A stretch of DNA of 61,166 nt, filler included, from Globobulimina sp. (lineage: Eukaryota), in NCBI GenBank assembly GCA_003354225.1. It is 14 parts of 14 records of this genome, joined end to end, with 100 filler letters (N's around TTAATTAATTAA, not from the genome) between each part and the next. Parts side by side here need not be neighbours in the genome. Positions count along the whole stretch, not along the records: positions 21,911 to 26,189 come from PIVH01001391.1; positions 26,290 to 30,567 come from PIVH01001392.1; positions 30,668 to 34,943 come from PIVH01001393.1; 11 more parts are not named here. One strand, written 5' to 3'. This document shows, one piece after another, positions 21,811 through 35,043 of this stretch; position 1 is the stretch's first letter; every line of letters begins with the position of its first letter. The notes below the pieces were generated by a model. The model searched no databases and was not told where the DNA came from. It saw nothing but the letters and a program-made list of their open reading frames with translations. The position numbers and the translations under genes are program-made.

Positions 21811-22287
21811 NNNNNNNNNNNNNNNNNNNNNNNNNNNNNNNNNNNNNNNNNNNNTTAATTAATTAANNNNNNNNNNNNNNNNNNNNNNNNNNNNNNNNNN
21901 NNNNNNNNNNATATCATCATTATTAATTAGTAAATATAAAGAAATAACAACATCAATACAGGAAACAAAGGGTTCTTATGGTGATAGACAAGATTTATTA
22001 ATATTTGAATGTGAATGAATATCTAAATATGAATCACTCATTAAATACAATTTATATTTTTCTTTTTGTGCTGTCTGTGTTTTAAATGTGCGTATTTTCC
22101 TTTGGTATCTTTGCGCATTTACAACTTTTGGATGAAATAGCGTTATTTTTTTTTTGTTGTAATTGTAAATGCGCAATTAAAGTTGTAACATTTATGTTTT
22201 TTTGTTGTTGTATTAAAAAGCATGGCGTCATGTTCTGACAATAGATTTAGAAAACACCAAACAAATTAACGATCACACACCAAATTA

Positions 22288-25200
22288 ATGAACAATCCAA
22301 CGAAAGATGATGCAAAATTATTCATATGGATTCGTAAAACATGGCAACAAGCATCAAAAGTCAACATCTATTCACACTCAGCCACCGAATGGGCGACAGG
22401 AACGATAAAAAATGTTTTTCACGACGACGAAGGCGAATGGTTAAAAGTGAAATACACATTGAAAAATAAAACGAGACTAAAAGAGATCAGAAGATACGAT
22501 AAAAATATACGCCCTTTGCGCCAATTCATGCCTCTATATAAATACATACATGATGCCATTAACCAGCACAGCGACACAGACCCATTGCCACTCTGCAATA
22601 CATCCAGCAATCGGAGCGACGACAACAGATCGAGCATAAATATTCAATGCAAATCAGGACGCAGAGAATCCAAAATCATCCCACACCAAAAACAAATGTT
22701 TGTATTCCAACAAGCTTTTGATGTCTGTCAACAACGAGATATCACCGCATGTTTCTCAACAAAACGACTCAAAATCTTACTAAACAATGCCGCTGATCAT
22801 GAATTAAATAATATATTCATAGAGCATCACTACACAAATACGCGTTTATTGAACGATTTTAATCACATTAAATACCATCATCACAGCGATGATGATGCTG
22901 TAGAATTTGATAAAATATATAGACATTTTACCAGCGATTCAGTGAGCTTTTGTGAGATTGGAAGTTGTCGCCACATTGACAAGCATTACAGAGATCGGTC
23001 CGAAATGCGGAACGAATACATTGTGAGCAATGATGATCGTGAATGGGACACTGAATATATGCTCGAATTGGTATCGAGAGTGCATGTTTATTTTATTCAT
23101 TCCTATCATATGAATCGATTGACATTGAATGAGTTACAAGAGATTGAGACACAAATACAAATGCAAGGGGATGCGAAAGAAATTGATTCTGATCTGTTAG
23201 AAGATAGACGTATGGCCATCATTGCAAATATTATCAATGAGAAGAAGCGAAATGTAAATGTACGATATAGACACAAAGTAAAATCAGTTGAATGTAACGA
23301 CATATTAGATTTTGCAGAAATGCATCAACTTCTGCTGAATAACACAAATATGGCGCAACTGAGAGCGGCTTTTGGTAAATATACGGATAAAAATAAATTT
23401 ATATCTGATATTATCGATGTTTGTTATGGCAGCGATGAACATATGTCATTGGATAATGACATTTTGATTGCTGGCTTAAACTGCGATAAACAAACGAGGA
23501 AAGAAATATATTCCCGTTTGCTGTATAGATATGTCAAGCTCACAGAGTTGAATCATGCCAATGTTATGAAGATTGTGGAGAAGTTGATATCGATGGAAAC
23601 CAATCATTGTATTATTGATGTGCAACGACTGCGAGAGCTTGCAAAAAGAGCAAATATCAGCGGGCTAACATTTGTTAAAGGAAGCGCTGGATTTAAAAAT
23701 AGTATTAAGTTCGCAAAAGTGTTTAAGTCGCTGGCTGGATATAACAAGAAATGCTTCGTTAAAATACATGTTTTGATCAAGAAATGGAAGCTTAAAACAG
23801 TGGATAAAACAGCATTGGTTGAAGCGAAGGAAAATTGTTGTTTGGATTTGCAAGAAATGCATGGCGTTTTACACAGTGATAATATCTCAATTGATATGAC
23901 TGCATTACAAGCGGCGTTTGGTCACTATTGCGATAAAAACAAATTTATATCGGATATAATTGATGCATTTTATGCGAAAAACGAGGTTGCTGGGAATTTA
24001 GTGCCAGATTCAAAAACGAGAAACGCGGTGTATAAATATGTACTGTTTAAGTATGTTAAACTCAGGGAACTGAATCAGGGCAATTTCAGCAAAATAGCAC
24101 AGCAAATTATCGTAGAAACATATAAAAGTAGCATCGATGCGGGGAAATTTGTGGAAATTGCACGCCAGTTTGATATTAATGGTAAAACATTTGAGAAAGA
24201 GATTGCTGGTCAAAAGAATGTGGAATTTAAAAACATGGCCAAGTTTGCGCAGTTATTCAAGTCTATGGATGGATATAAAAAAAAAGTGTTTACGAATTTT
24301 TATACCACAATTAAAAGTCTATGGAAATCAGCCAAAACTAGTGACAAAACACTGAAAATACACAGTATTAAACCAAAGCTTGTTGGTCAAAAAGTGATAG
24401 AGGTCGACGCTGAACACATATATGAAATTGGCACCAAATATTATTATTGGGATTGCTATAAAGCACATCCACATTACATCAAAGCAACATATTCCACTTT
24501 AAAAGAGGAGTTGTTACAAAATAAAACGGTTCCTGGCGGTATTAATGGTTGGATTGCAATGAACAATGAATGCGATAAAGATATCCAAACAGACGCAGCC
24601 AAACATTTGAAGGCCAATGGTTTCCACAGACATATGTATCAAATCGAAAGTGCAGCTACGTTTTCAGTGCAACATCTTTGTGCTTTGAAACTGTACACTG
24701 ACTATACGGAACAATCTAGTTTGTGGTGCAGTATATTACGCTATGAAAACGTAGAAAATATCGCAGAAATTGCCATTCGTACCCGGTTATTGATAGAGTG
24801 TGTACAGTGTTATGGCGCTGAGTTTAAAGTGAACCGGAAAACAAAATATTACCGCGGAGTGAAAAACGTTTTTAGGTTCGAACGTTTTGCGACGAGATTT
24901 AATTTACCAACGAGTACTACACGCGATGTATGTTTACGTTTATTGATTTGTGTCTTGTTTATCACATTGTTTTGTGGCCCGACATGTACAGTTTACGCAA
25001 GCGACACGTTTTGCGGATGACGGTGGGCTGGTTTTGCAATTAAGCAAATATAAGGATAGATATAAAGATATATTGATGTTTGATTGCTTTCTTTTGTCTA
25101 AATACCCGGAAGAAAAAGAGTCGTTGTTTTTTGGCGGTGAGACTGTGTTACGGATCGCGTCAATTTACCAAAGTGTTGGGCATAAATGGCGGAATTATAA

Positions 25201-26189
25201 GAAATATATGGAGCCAATGAATGTTATTATACGAATGATTCATGGCTTGACTGTGAAAGAAGAAAAGCGTATGTTGGCAAACGAGAAATATCAGCACACG
25301 ATGTTAGATTTAATAAATTATGCATTTTTGATGTTTAATTCGCAGAAAACTATGCTGACATTGCCGTTATATATCGATAAGATGTTAAAACACCACCTGT
25401 GCGAATCTGTGATTAGGCTCAACTTTGTTGAGTTGACACGGGATTATAAATGGATGCGGTCAGTATTTGTCAAAGATGATAAATGCAGCAATAAGTTGTT
25501 ATTGAATGTGGCAAATATCTGCAAATTATTTTGTAAGTCGGATAAGATTATATTTATGATGCCGTCCGGTTACATTTTAAGTTATACAGAATGTATATCA
25601 TTGATACAAAAGGATTTATTAGAAATAGCAGTACATGATATCAGTGTTATTATTAGTTTTGAATGGCCGCAAAAGGAAGCAATGCCCAAAGCAAATAAAG
25701 AACGCATTGGTTCCTATCAGCAGGAATTGAATCGAGTAAATTATCTAAAAACATACACACAAAATTCAGTCTCGTTCGAATGTGCTGACTCATCGCCTGC
25801 GACTTCGCTGTTTGCACAGAAAAGCATCGAATTGTCAATTTATAAACATATATCAAACCAAGATGCACAACATAACTATATTGAGGAGGACAATCTTTTC
25901 GAATTAAAAAAAGAAATTCTATTCAACTGTGTATTGACGGTGAAGGGGTTTGTAAAAGCAGTCAAAGCGCAACATTTAAAACGAGCCATCTCGAATATAA
26001 TTGAAGATTTGATACTTATTTTCTATGCTAAACCAATTAATATGAACATCAAATATAAGCATAGCATACGAAGTATTTTATATTGCCCAATCAACGATAC
26101 ATGGCAGAGTATTACAGATAAAATGCTGTTGCAATTCCAGATAAACAAAGCACAGCATAGAATCACCAGTCTGTATTGGAAGTGCGACG
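22288..26189 (+). CDS. Large protein with an internal ~175-aa duplication and an R-S-E ADP-ribosyltransferase domain (3' partial)
   Basis: ALKLYTDY, YYRGV, PTSTT / intron 24928..24991 / FTQATRFA, SKYPEEKESLF. Confidence 0.72.
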
Positions 26190-26890
26190 NNNNNNNNNNN
26201 NNNNNNNNNNNNNNNNNNNNNNNNNNNNNNNNNTTAATTAATTAANNNNNNNNNNNNNNNNNNNNNNNNNNNNNNNNNNNNNNNNNNNNCGACATATTCA
26301 AATGAACAAGTATTATTATTAAGATTATTATGTTTATTTCACAAAAATTGCAAAAATGCCTTTATCAAAGATAAAATAATAAGAAATGTCAAAGATATTG
26401 ATGAAAATGGTAAGTTGGCAAATCTCACGACACAGTCTTACGTTGATTTATTATTACAATCTGAGTCAAATACAGAGACTGTAACTCGGGAAGTATCGGC
26501 AACGGGAAGTAGAAGATCATCTGTGTCTAAATCAAAAGTAAAATAGCCTCAGTATGATTGTCATTTAATCGTGTTGTAATTATTTAAAATGTACTTACAC
26601 CATAACCAAAAATAAACATTGATAATACCCACAAACATATAAAACTAAAAACATGAAACTAGCCTAGACTGAACTTCCTTGCTTAAAAATCGTTTTACTC
26701 TCACCACACTTAAAAACTTTTTCAATTTATGATTGGTGAAAAAGCAAGTCGCCGCATTGAAATTCTGCCAAAACATGATTTTGACATAGTTTATTAATGT
26801 GTTTAAACAATTTAAAATCTATGAAGATTTACACGCAGTGCAAGCATAATGTATACAATTTCAAAAGTGAATTATTAGAAACATAAATTG

Positions 26891-29030
26891 TTACAATGAC
26901 ATTTTTAATGCTTTGGCCAAATGGAATATAGCATTTTTTGGTTGTTTTTTTGCAACGGTTCGTTTAATTGAAGATGGTACATTTCCACCAAAATCAACAT
27001 TCATAATATAGGTAACACGTGTGCTAATTTTGTTTTTTGTATTATCAGTTTCAATGATCCATCCCGATGATTTTATATCAGTCCGAACTGCTCCACAATG
27101 GATTGATTTTGAAGCTCCTTTTGAAATTACACTCTGATTATTATTATTATTATATTTTATGCTATCCTCTGTTGGAAATGCAGGATGTTGGATAGATATG
27201 GCAGCTAATACATATTTATGATTTGGAATAATAATACGATGCGTTATCACTACAATTGTCTCCCGTTGTGTTTTTAAGAAACACTGTTTATTGGTATGTA
27301 CTAATCGTACAATATATGTGTTATCGTCTAATTTCTCAATTAATTGTACTGTATCAACCATGATATCGTAACTAAATCTAAATAATGGATCACATAATAA
27401 ATCAAAGATATATTTTGCTGAACAGCTTAATAATGCACTTCCTTTATGATGATAATAATAATGCGGTGCATGCTCATTGTTTACATGTTCAAACACAGTC
27501 AATCCCGACGGTGTTTTCATTGCAAGCTCAATCCAATCTTTTTCATTACAACAATGTGTTTCTTGTAATAATTGTGACATGGCCATAGCTGATAATGTTA
27601 TGCATGATGCCGCATTCTTAAATGATAACATCTTATTTTTCTTACGTTTTATACCATATTCATCATCGCTGATATCCGTCGCATCATCTTTGCAATCATA
27701 TGTATAACAGTCATAATCATCATTATCTTTAATCCATTGACACCGAAGTTTGAACATCATTTAGTTTCAGTTTCAATCTATGACCAGCTGCGCCAATCCA
27801 ATCTTGTCTCGTAAATATTAATGCATTATATTCAAGTTTGATTGTTGCAGTAATGCTATGCCTTTTATTTGATCGATTTATCCGATTATTAAATCTGCGA
27901 AATAACAATGAATCATCATTATAATTATAATTATAAGTATTTAATGAATTGGAATGACTTCTTCTGTTCCCACGTCGATCGCGACCCATATAAATACCAT
28001 TGATGCCCAGCATTTGTAACATTGGGAAACGTGGGATATATAAAACTTGTCGACGATGCAATGTGTGCCATATTGATTTAATATAATGTTTCAATTGCAA
28101 AATACATAGAGAATCAGCTATTAAATATTGCTTATAATTTATATCAATATTGGGATTTGATGTTTTTATCTCTTTAATATTATTATAGTAAATGAGTATC
28201 GATGAATGTAAATAATCGCTCTTTTCATAATCTGTTTCTTGTGAATATTTATCAAAATTTGGTATGATATGAAATAAATTAATGTCGGATTCACAACGTG
28301 ATGATGATGCAGATTCCGGATATTGTTCATGTTTTATTGTTTTTGAACCAATAATAATTGAGCCATCAGATAATGGATAGATGAAATTTATTAATACTTG
28401 ATCAAACTGCGTATTTTGTTGATGCGAAACATGCGTAAACATTGAATATCGTTTTATAAATTGTTGTGTTCGGAAATTTGTATCCCATTTGTTTCTATGT
28501 AATTCATCATTTAATATAATTCCCGTAACGATAGCGGTTGAAAATGGCAAAACTATTTCTGATTTCATGCTATTTGTATGCAGTGGTGAGTATATTTTTA
28601 AATCTTGTTTTTCCTGTTTTAATTGCCATGGTGTTTTCCGTAATGAATCAAATAAATCTAAACATTGTTGAATATGTGATGAATATTTATGTTTATGATC
28701 TGGGCATTTAAATGAGTCTAATATTTTGTTATGATTCTGCATTGTCGCACTGATGGTTTTAGGAACTTTGAATGGCGCATGGCACCATTTATCATTGTGT
28801 GGAATAAGATTAATATAATACGATGTTTTGTAGAGGTTGTCATATTTTGCAGCAATATGTTTTAGAGTATTAATAGTGATTCTGCCCAAACTGTGTGTAC
28901 GTGATGAGTCAGATGCAAAGCTTTTTGAATGTACTTTTTTGTATCTTGTTCGTTTTTGTTGCATTTTGCGTGCAGCTTTGTAGTCAATTGCATGGTCAGA
29001 AAATACAGGACCAACAAAAGCGAAATCCAT
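26891..29030 (-). CDS. Tandem START lipid-transfer domain protein
   Basis: Two START-like domains (RNKWDTNF..; FRFSYDIM..SSGWIIE..VTYIMNVDFGGNVP); putative intron 27727..27784 joins the two ORFs in frame. Confidence 0.7.
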
Positions 29031-29078
29031 GATGATGCTGAGCAAATTAATGTTCGTTTTTCAACTATCAGACAAATC

Positions 29079-30567
29079 ATGGCTACTTCTCACGCTCTGC
29101 GTTCGCACGCTTCAAAAACATTAATGATCCACCACCAACACCGTACATTCCTATTTGGTTCAACTAAATACACAAAATACGAAAAATCTGGTATAGCCAT
29201 CGAAATTGGCGACAATGATTTCATCCTCGATGAGAATTTCTCGCCACATTATAACCCAAACAAAGATGTGATTATTCGTAATTATTCATCCGCTGTAACA
29301 TGTAAAAATGTTGAACATTTATGCCTGCCGTTCAATGAATTAACCCAAAAACGTTTATTTTACACTAATTTCTCGGGAATACTGGAATATATTCCACACA
29401 AATATCGGAAATCAGGGTTATATAAAATAGGGGACAGAGTGTGGGGAATAAAAGCCCACTACAAACAAGCAGTAAATGCATCATCTTTTTTTGGTATTAA
29501 AGTTAAAGCCAAGCCATATACACACAATAATGCATGGAGTGATTACATAGCAACAGATATTCGATATATTTGCCATTTGCCATTAAATATTCCCTTGCTG
29601 TATGGTGGATTATTTGGTACAGACTTATTAATGATATTTGATGGGTTTGGTAGATGTAATTGGATGCGAACAAAACAAAAAATAGCAAATAAAAAAGTAT
29701 TAATTATAGGGTCTGGACGACAGTCTTTATTAAATATATTAATACCATTGTTGCAAATATGTAATGTTTCTGAAATTGTAATTATATCAAATCATAAACG
29801 CCATAATAAATTGTTAGCAAAATTTAATGTAAAAAGCATCATAGATCGTAATAATTTTGCAGCCAGCAAACACAAATTAAATTATGACATTATTATTGAC
29901 AGTCTATCTATTCACCATCAAGAAGTTCAAAATAATGTATCTTTGATAGACCCGGACGCTTTTAATAAAACCGAGTATTGGGTCCTACGAAATCCATACA
30001 ATCAGATATTAATGGATTCACAAACAAAAACTCAAGGTATGACATACCGGTTCGCTATATATTTTGTTGAAATTTATTGAAATTTATTGTATTTTTGCAG
30101 TTGCAAAGGGTGTATTCACATGGAATAAAGATATTGTTCGAGCGGGTAAAAAAGTGGGAATGAATGATGTGTTGGTGAAGCCAATACGGATGACCTTTGG
30201 CTCTGGCGGACTCAAAGCATTTACATATTGGATGTATTTATTTGGAAAAGAGCTGGAACAGAAAGGAAATGAATTAAGTTATCCAATTATTGTTGATAGA
30301 CTGTATAAATTAACAAATATTGAACATGCATTGCAATACTGTTTGGATCATGATATGGAAGATGAGCATTATGGTTTAGGTGAACATATTGCATTAAGCA
30401 TTAATAAAATGGACCAAAATCAAGTTGTAGAGAATAACCCTAAAATGGAAGAAATTTACGGGACAGAAGCAATGGGTAACACCGCCGAAAATTTGCAGGA
30501 ATTTGGCTTTATCTCACGCGAAGAACAGGACGCCTTCTCGCTTCTCTCTCATCAACGGGCTGTTGCC
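29079..30567 (+). CDS. Divergent MDR/quinone-oxidoreductase-like protein with mitochondrial-type presequence; 3' end probably chimeric
   Basis: MATSHALRSH..RTF presequence; FSGIL..YKIGDRVWG; KKVLIIGSG; intron 30037..30100. Confidence 0.6.
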
Positions 30568-31222
30568 NNNNNNNNNNNNNNNNNNNNNNNNNNNNNNNNN
30601 NNNNNNNNNNNTTAATTAATTAANNNNNNNNNNNNNNNNNNNNNNNNNNNNNNNNNNNNNNNNNNNNATTCACCTTTTGTGGTAGCTCCATTGGCTCTGT
30701 TTATAAAATTATATAAATATATTATTAATTAATGGATAATGACGGTATTAGTAATGAAACATAACTGTGATTGCGATGTTAGTTGGTATGTCGAGAAAAT
30801 GTGATGTAAGAATTCGAAATCGACATCATTTTTATTTGTATTTGTTTCAGAGGATTTTGTGCCATTCGGTATTACATGTAATTGAGATAGAAATTTTGTG
30901 AATTGATCATATGATATTTGTGAGCTGTGATTATGAATGTAATCATACACATATTGCAATTTAGTCGGCAACATGAATGAAATTTCAGTAATGATTGTCA
31001 TTGAATAAAATAGAAATAATATTAATGGGTGATGATAAAATCAGTGCAATGAAGCTATTATCAGAAGTGGGCGAAAAGTTTTTATTAAAACACTCATACA
31101 TTTGCTGGATTGTAATGCTATATGTAGTTCTTGCGGAATTATTGCGGAATTGTTGCGCATATTTAGCAAAAACAGTATTATGTAAATAGTGTGTTAAATG
31201 TGCTTGATTGAAAACAAATTAT

Positions 31223-33258
31223 TTATTTATTTGCAATAGGGAACCAGCGATGTGATGGATGATGCCAATCACTATCATAACAGTGTGCACTTTTAAGCGC
31301 AAGGAACAAGCCCATCCATCCCATTCCTGCGGTGATGCTTTGTTTACACACTTTGTGTGCTGCGTAATTAGGTCTATTCTCATTTGATTCCGGTACTAAG
31401 ATTTTCTTATTCTCATCATCCAAATCAATATCAATTGTTGTACCCATGGTATACTTATTTAATTTCTCAATTTCCCATCCAACCGTGGTCAACATTGGTA
31501 TCACCATTCTATTCAACGGAACCAAATGCTCCTCAGTCCTCGCAATATCCTCATATTTCCATTTAAATTCAAACGTTTTCAACTTATCATTATATAATCT
31601 CCTCGCTTGACTTAGCACACTTGCCATCTCAGAGTATGATGAATGTGGAGTCCCTACAAATGCATCAAACGACGACACACAAATTAAATCAATCACCGCT
31701 TCCTCTATTGCTGCAAATGAGCTGCCTTTGTTTCCAAAAGCACGATAATACACTCGATCCTCTCCAAATATCTGTTTAGCTGCGCTCTGTGCTTCCTTCG
31801 TATCTGCAGCAACAAATAAATATGGTTTAATACCATCCAACAATCCATTCAAATATTTATCCATCACTGCAATGCCACATTCCTCGTACCATGTATATGG
31901 TTTATGGCATTTATGGATATTTTTACCAGGACAATCCCTGGGATTCATCAGCAAAACGTATTCGGATCGAATATGTATTCCAATGACTGGGGGCGGATTA
32001 TCCACCATATTCCATTCCGTTGTATCTATTCCCTGAGCTGTATAATAAGTGAGTGCTGATTCATAGGTCTCGCGAATTATATCATCCACAGCAGACTGCA
32101 TTTTACTCTCCAATTTAAATAAAAACCGTCCAAGCAATACCTCTAAATCTTCAATGTATTCCTGTCCTTTATTTCCAATCTGAGCAAGGAAATAATTTGC
32201 TAAATTATAATCAAATTTATATTCCGATGCTGTGTTATATCTTTGCAGTACCACTATAATTATAACACATCATTATCAAACACAATATGTACAATACTGA
32301 ATTAGAATGCATCTTAACTTTGATATAGATTTTTATTTCTTGCCATGAGAGGTAAATATGCCGCGTGTGAGGCAATAAACCATACACTTTTATCATTTTC
32401 AATCCATACAACATCACAGATTTGGCTCAATATCACACCATTTACTGCTCTCTGTCTGTCGCCCCATTCATACGGAAAGGTCCATTTCTGTTTGTTGCCT
32501 GTACTGGATATCATTTTGTGTAATGCTGAAGGGGTGGATTTATATTCCCATTCATAGCCAAGTGATTTAAATATATGGTTGAAGCGAGCTGCATAGCCTT
32601 CTGCGCCAATATCAATAAATACCACTCTTTTGGTTAATATTCCTAACAGCATTGTGCCCATAAATGCTCTCATTCGGTTACACATTTGCGCCGCTGGTGT
32701 GATTATAATATATTTTCCATTCAATTCACCGCTTTCAATATCTGCGGATATCATTTTATTTGCATATTCTACATAGGAATCGATGATGTCGTGCATCATG
32801 GTATAACTTTCAATGTCAAATCCTAAGGATCGACGATGTAATAAATTGAGAAAATTTGCATTTTCAAGGTCTAATGTTGATAGGTATCCGGTACGGGAAG
32901 TTATGGAAATATCATCGTAATTAATATTGATGTCTCCGTTGATATTTATCTCCTCTGTTTCGGCGTCATTTTGCTGATTAGAAATTAGATTAATGTTCGA
33001 GCTCTTTTTTGGAGCTTCAATAATTATGTCATGAATGGATTGTGTTTGTGGGTCGCCATATAAATCGGAATGTAATGCCACATCAAAATAAATCACACAA
33101 AATACACTGATGATTGCCATGAGAACAAGCAGTAATACGCAAAACACTTTGTTTCTGATGTTGAAAGATGTTGATTGTAGAGATTTTTTCTTTTGTGCAA
33201 ATGAGAGACGGGATCGTCCCGACACCATGGTCTGTCCTGGACGCATTAAGTTTTTCAT
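31223..33258 (-). CDS. Type II membrane fucosyltransferase-like glycosyltransferase (GT-B fold)
   Basis: Single TM helix; QMCNRMRA; VIGIHIR; LFVAADT; FVGTPHSSYS; intron 32254..32318 in frame. Confidence 0.75.
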
Positions 33259-33289
33259 ACTGAATTTTGTAAATATTAGTTATCTTGGT

Positions 33290-34696
33290 TTAGGATTTAA
33301 ATAATACTTGCTGGCGAAAATCTGTTGTACAAAATTTTGAGGTTATGAATGTCAGAGATTGTTTGAGCCATTTTATGGCACAACGTGTATTTTTAGTTTT
33401 GCTTTTTGAAGTACTGGCTCTGCCAATATGTTGAACCAATGATGGGAAGTACGTCCATGTTTCCATATCATTGAATTTCGCAAAATCATTAATTAAAATG
33501 TCAATACCACCACGCTTTTCCTTGTAATCATTATCCAATCTTTCTTTATAGAAACGATTTATATCACTAAGATATTTGAGATTAAATAAGTTTGCTTGTG
33601 ACATTACGCCTTGTTGCAATGACTCATATGGTACTAACATCTTATTCCACTTATCATAATATACATATTTCCTCACATAATAATCTATATTTTGTTTGCC
33701 TAAACCAACGACAAACCACAGACATGAACAGCCAAACCATAAATACATTAAACCCAACAGTACTTTATGCAATGTAGGCGATTTTGCGAATTTTGAATTC
33801 GAATTACAACAAATATGAAGTATTGCAATGGGAATTACAAATATTAGCATTAAGCACAAGCAATGAGATACTTTATGGCCAGACCAACCGCTCCAAAATT
33901 CAGTGTGGAACAAACGGATATAAAACCACTGTTTTTTATTGCCACTTGCAATGTTATTGCGTGTTAAGAAAGTATCAAATATATATTTTAAATGATGAAA
34001 AAATTGGTCTCCAATCAAAACGTCATCTTGAATCAACAATGCATACTCTACATTTTCCGCTAAATTTGCGCAATGTGACAGGGCATCCAATGAATGTTTG
34101 ACCACTTTCTGCCGCCATGGAAAGGGTTTATGTGACTTGAAAGGAACGTGATTTTTGAAATATTTTAGATTTGTGTTATTTGCGTGAATGTTTCTGTATG
34201 ATTTTATTAGGTTTTCTTTGTAGGTTTGAGTTTGTTTGGTTGCAAATTCAAAAATTATAATATTGTCATTGATGTTGTTATTTGCTACATTCTGATACAA
34301 GTTATATGAATATAATAATGAGGATAAGGTAATATTAAAATAATCCAAATTGTTCCGAGCTTCACTTTGATCAAAATTCGATGTGGTTACGATGGCGATG
34401 CATAAATTATCACTGAATTTGTGGTTCATATTACGGTTGATACTATGTTTGCGTTTTTGTAATATTCGGTTCAGAAACACGTTTGAATTCTGATAACATT
34501 GGTTTTCTAATTCGATGATTTTGGGATCATTGGTAGGTTGTAAATAACTTTTTTGTTTTTTGCATAGTTCACCGCTGTTTAGTCCTTCCCAAAAGAATGT
34601 GTATGGAGTAGTTGATAAAAATTCTAACAATATTATGGTGAATGCCACATGAAAAAACAATACAATTCCAAATGTTTTCAGCAAATTGAGGACCAT
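33290..34696 (-). CDS. PGAP4/TMEM246-like GT-A glycosyltransferase
   Basis: N-terminal TM; YALLIQDD; YIRLFHTE followed by two TM helices inserted in the catalytic domain; PSLVQHIG motif. Confidence 0.7.
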   Translation of the reverse strand: MVLNLLKTFGIVLFFHVAFTIILLEFLSTTPYTFFWEGLNSGELCKKQKSYLQPTNDPKIIELENQCYQNSNVFLNRILQKRKHSINRNMNHKFSDNLCIAIVTTSNFDQSEARNNLDYFNITLSSLLYSYNLYQNVANNNINDNIIIFEFATKQTQTYKENLIKSYRNIHANNTNLKYFKNHVPFKSHKPFPWRQKVVKHSLDALSHCANLAENVEYALLIQDDVLIGDQFFHHLKYIFDTFLTRNNIASGNKKQWFYIRLFHTEFWSGWSGHKVSHCLCLMLIFVIPIAILHICCNSNSKFAKSPTLHKVLLGLMYLWFGCSCLWFVVGLGKQNIDYYVRKYVYYDKWNKMLVPYESLQQGVMSQANLFNLKYLSDINRFYKERLDNDYKEKRGGIDILINDFAKFNDMETWTYFPSLVQHIGRASTSKSKTKNTRCAIKWLKQSLTFITSKFCTTDFRQQVLFKS

Positions 34697-34797
34697 GATT
34701 CGGATGAATGTTGAGTGAAGAAAAAAAACTTCGAGAATTGTCCATCAACTTTATCAGAAATATCATTCTCTTGCTATAATTAACCGATACATCAATT

Positions 34798-34943
34798 ATG
34801 TCTATTTCAAAAACAAGTAAAATGTTGAATTTTATCAATTACAAAATGCGTGTAACAATACAAGATTCGCGTCAATTAGTTGGTACATTTATGGCATTTG
34901 ACAAGCACATGAACTTAGTATTGGGCGATTGCGAGGAATTTAG
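34798..34943 (+). CDS. SNRPB: Small nuclear ribonucleoprotein SmB (3' partial)
   Basis: [42 protein letters not shown]. Confidence 0.95.
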
Positions 34944-35043
34944 NNNNNNNNNNNNNNNNNNNNNNNNNNNNNNNNNNNNNNNNNNNNTTAATTAATTAAN
35001 NNNNNNNNNNNNNNNNNNNNNNNNNNNNNNNNNNNNNNNNNNN

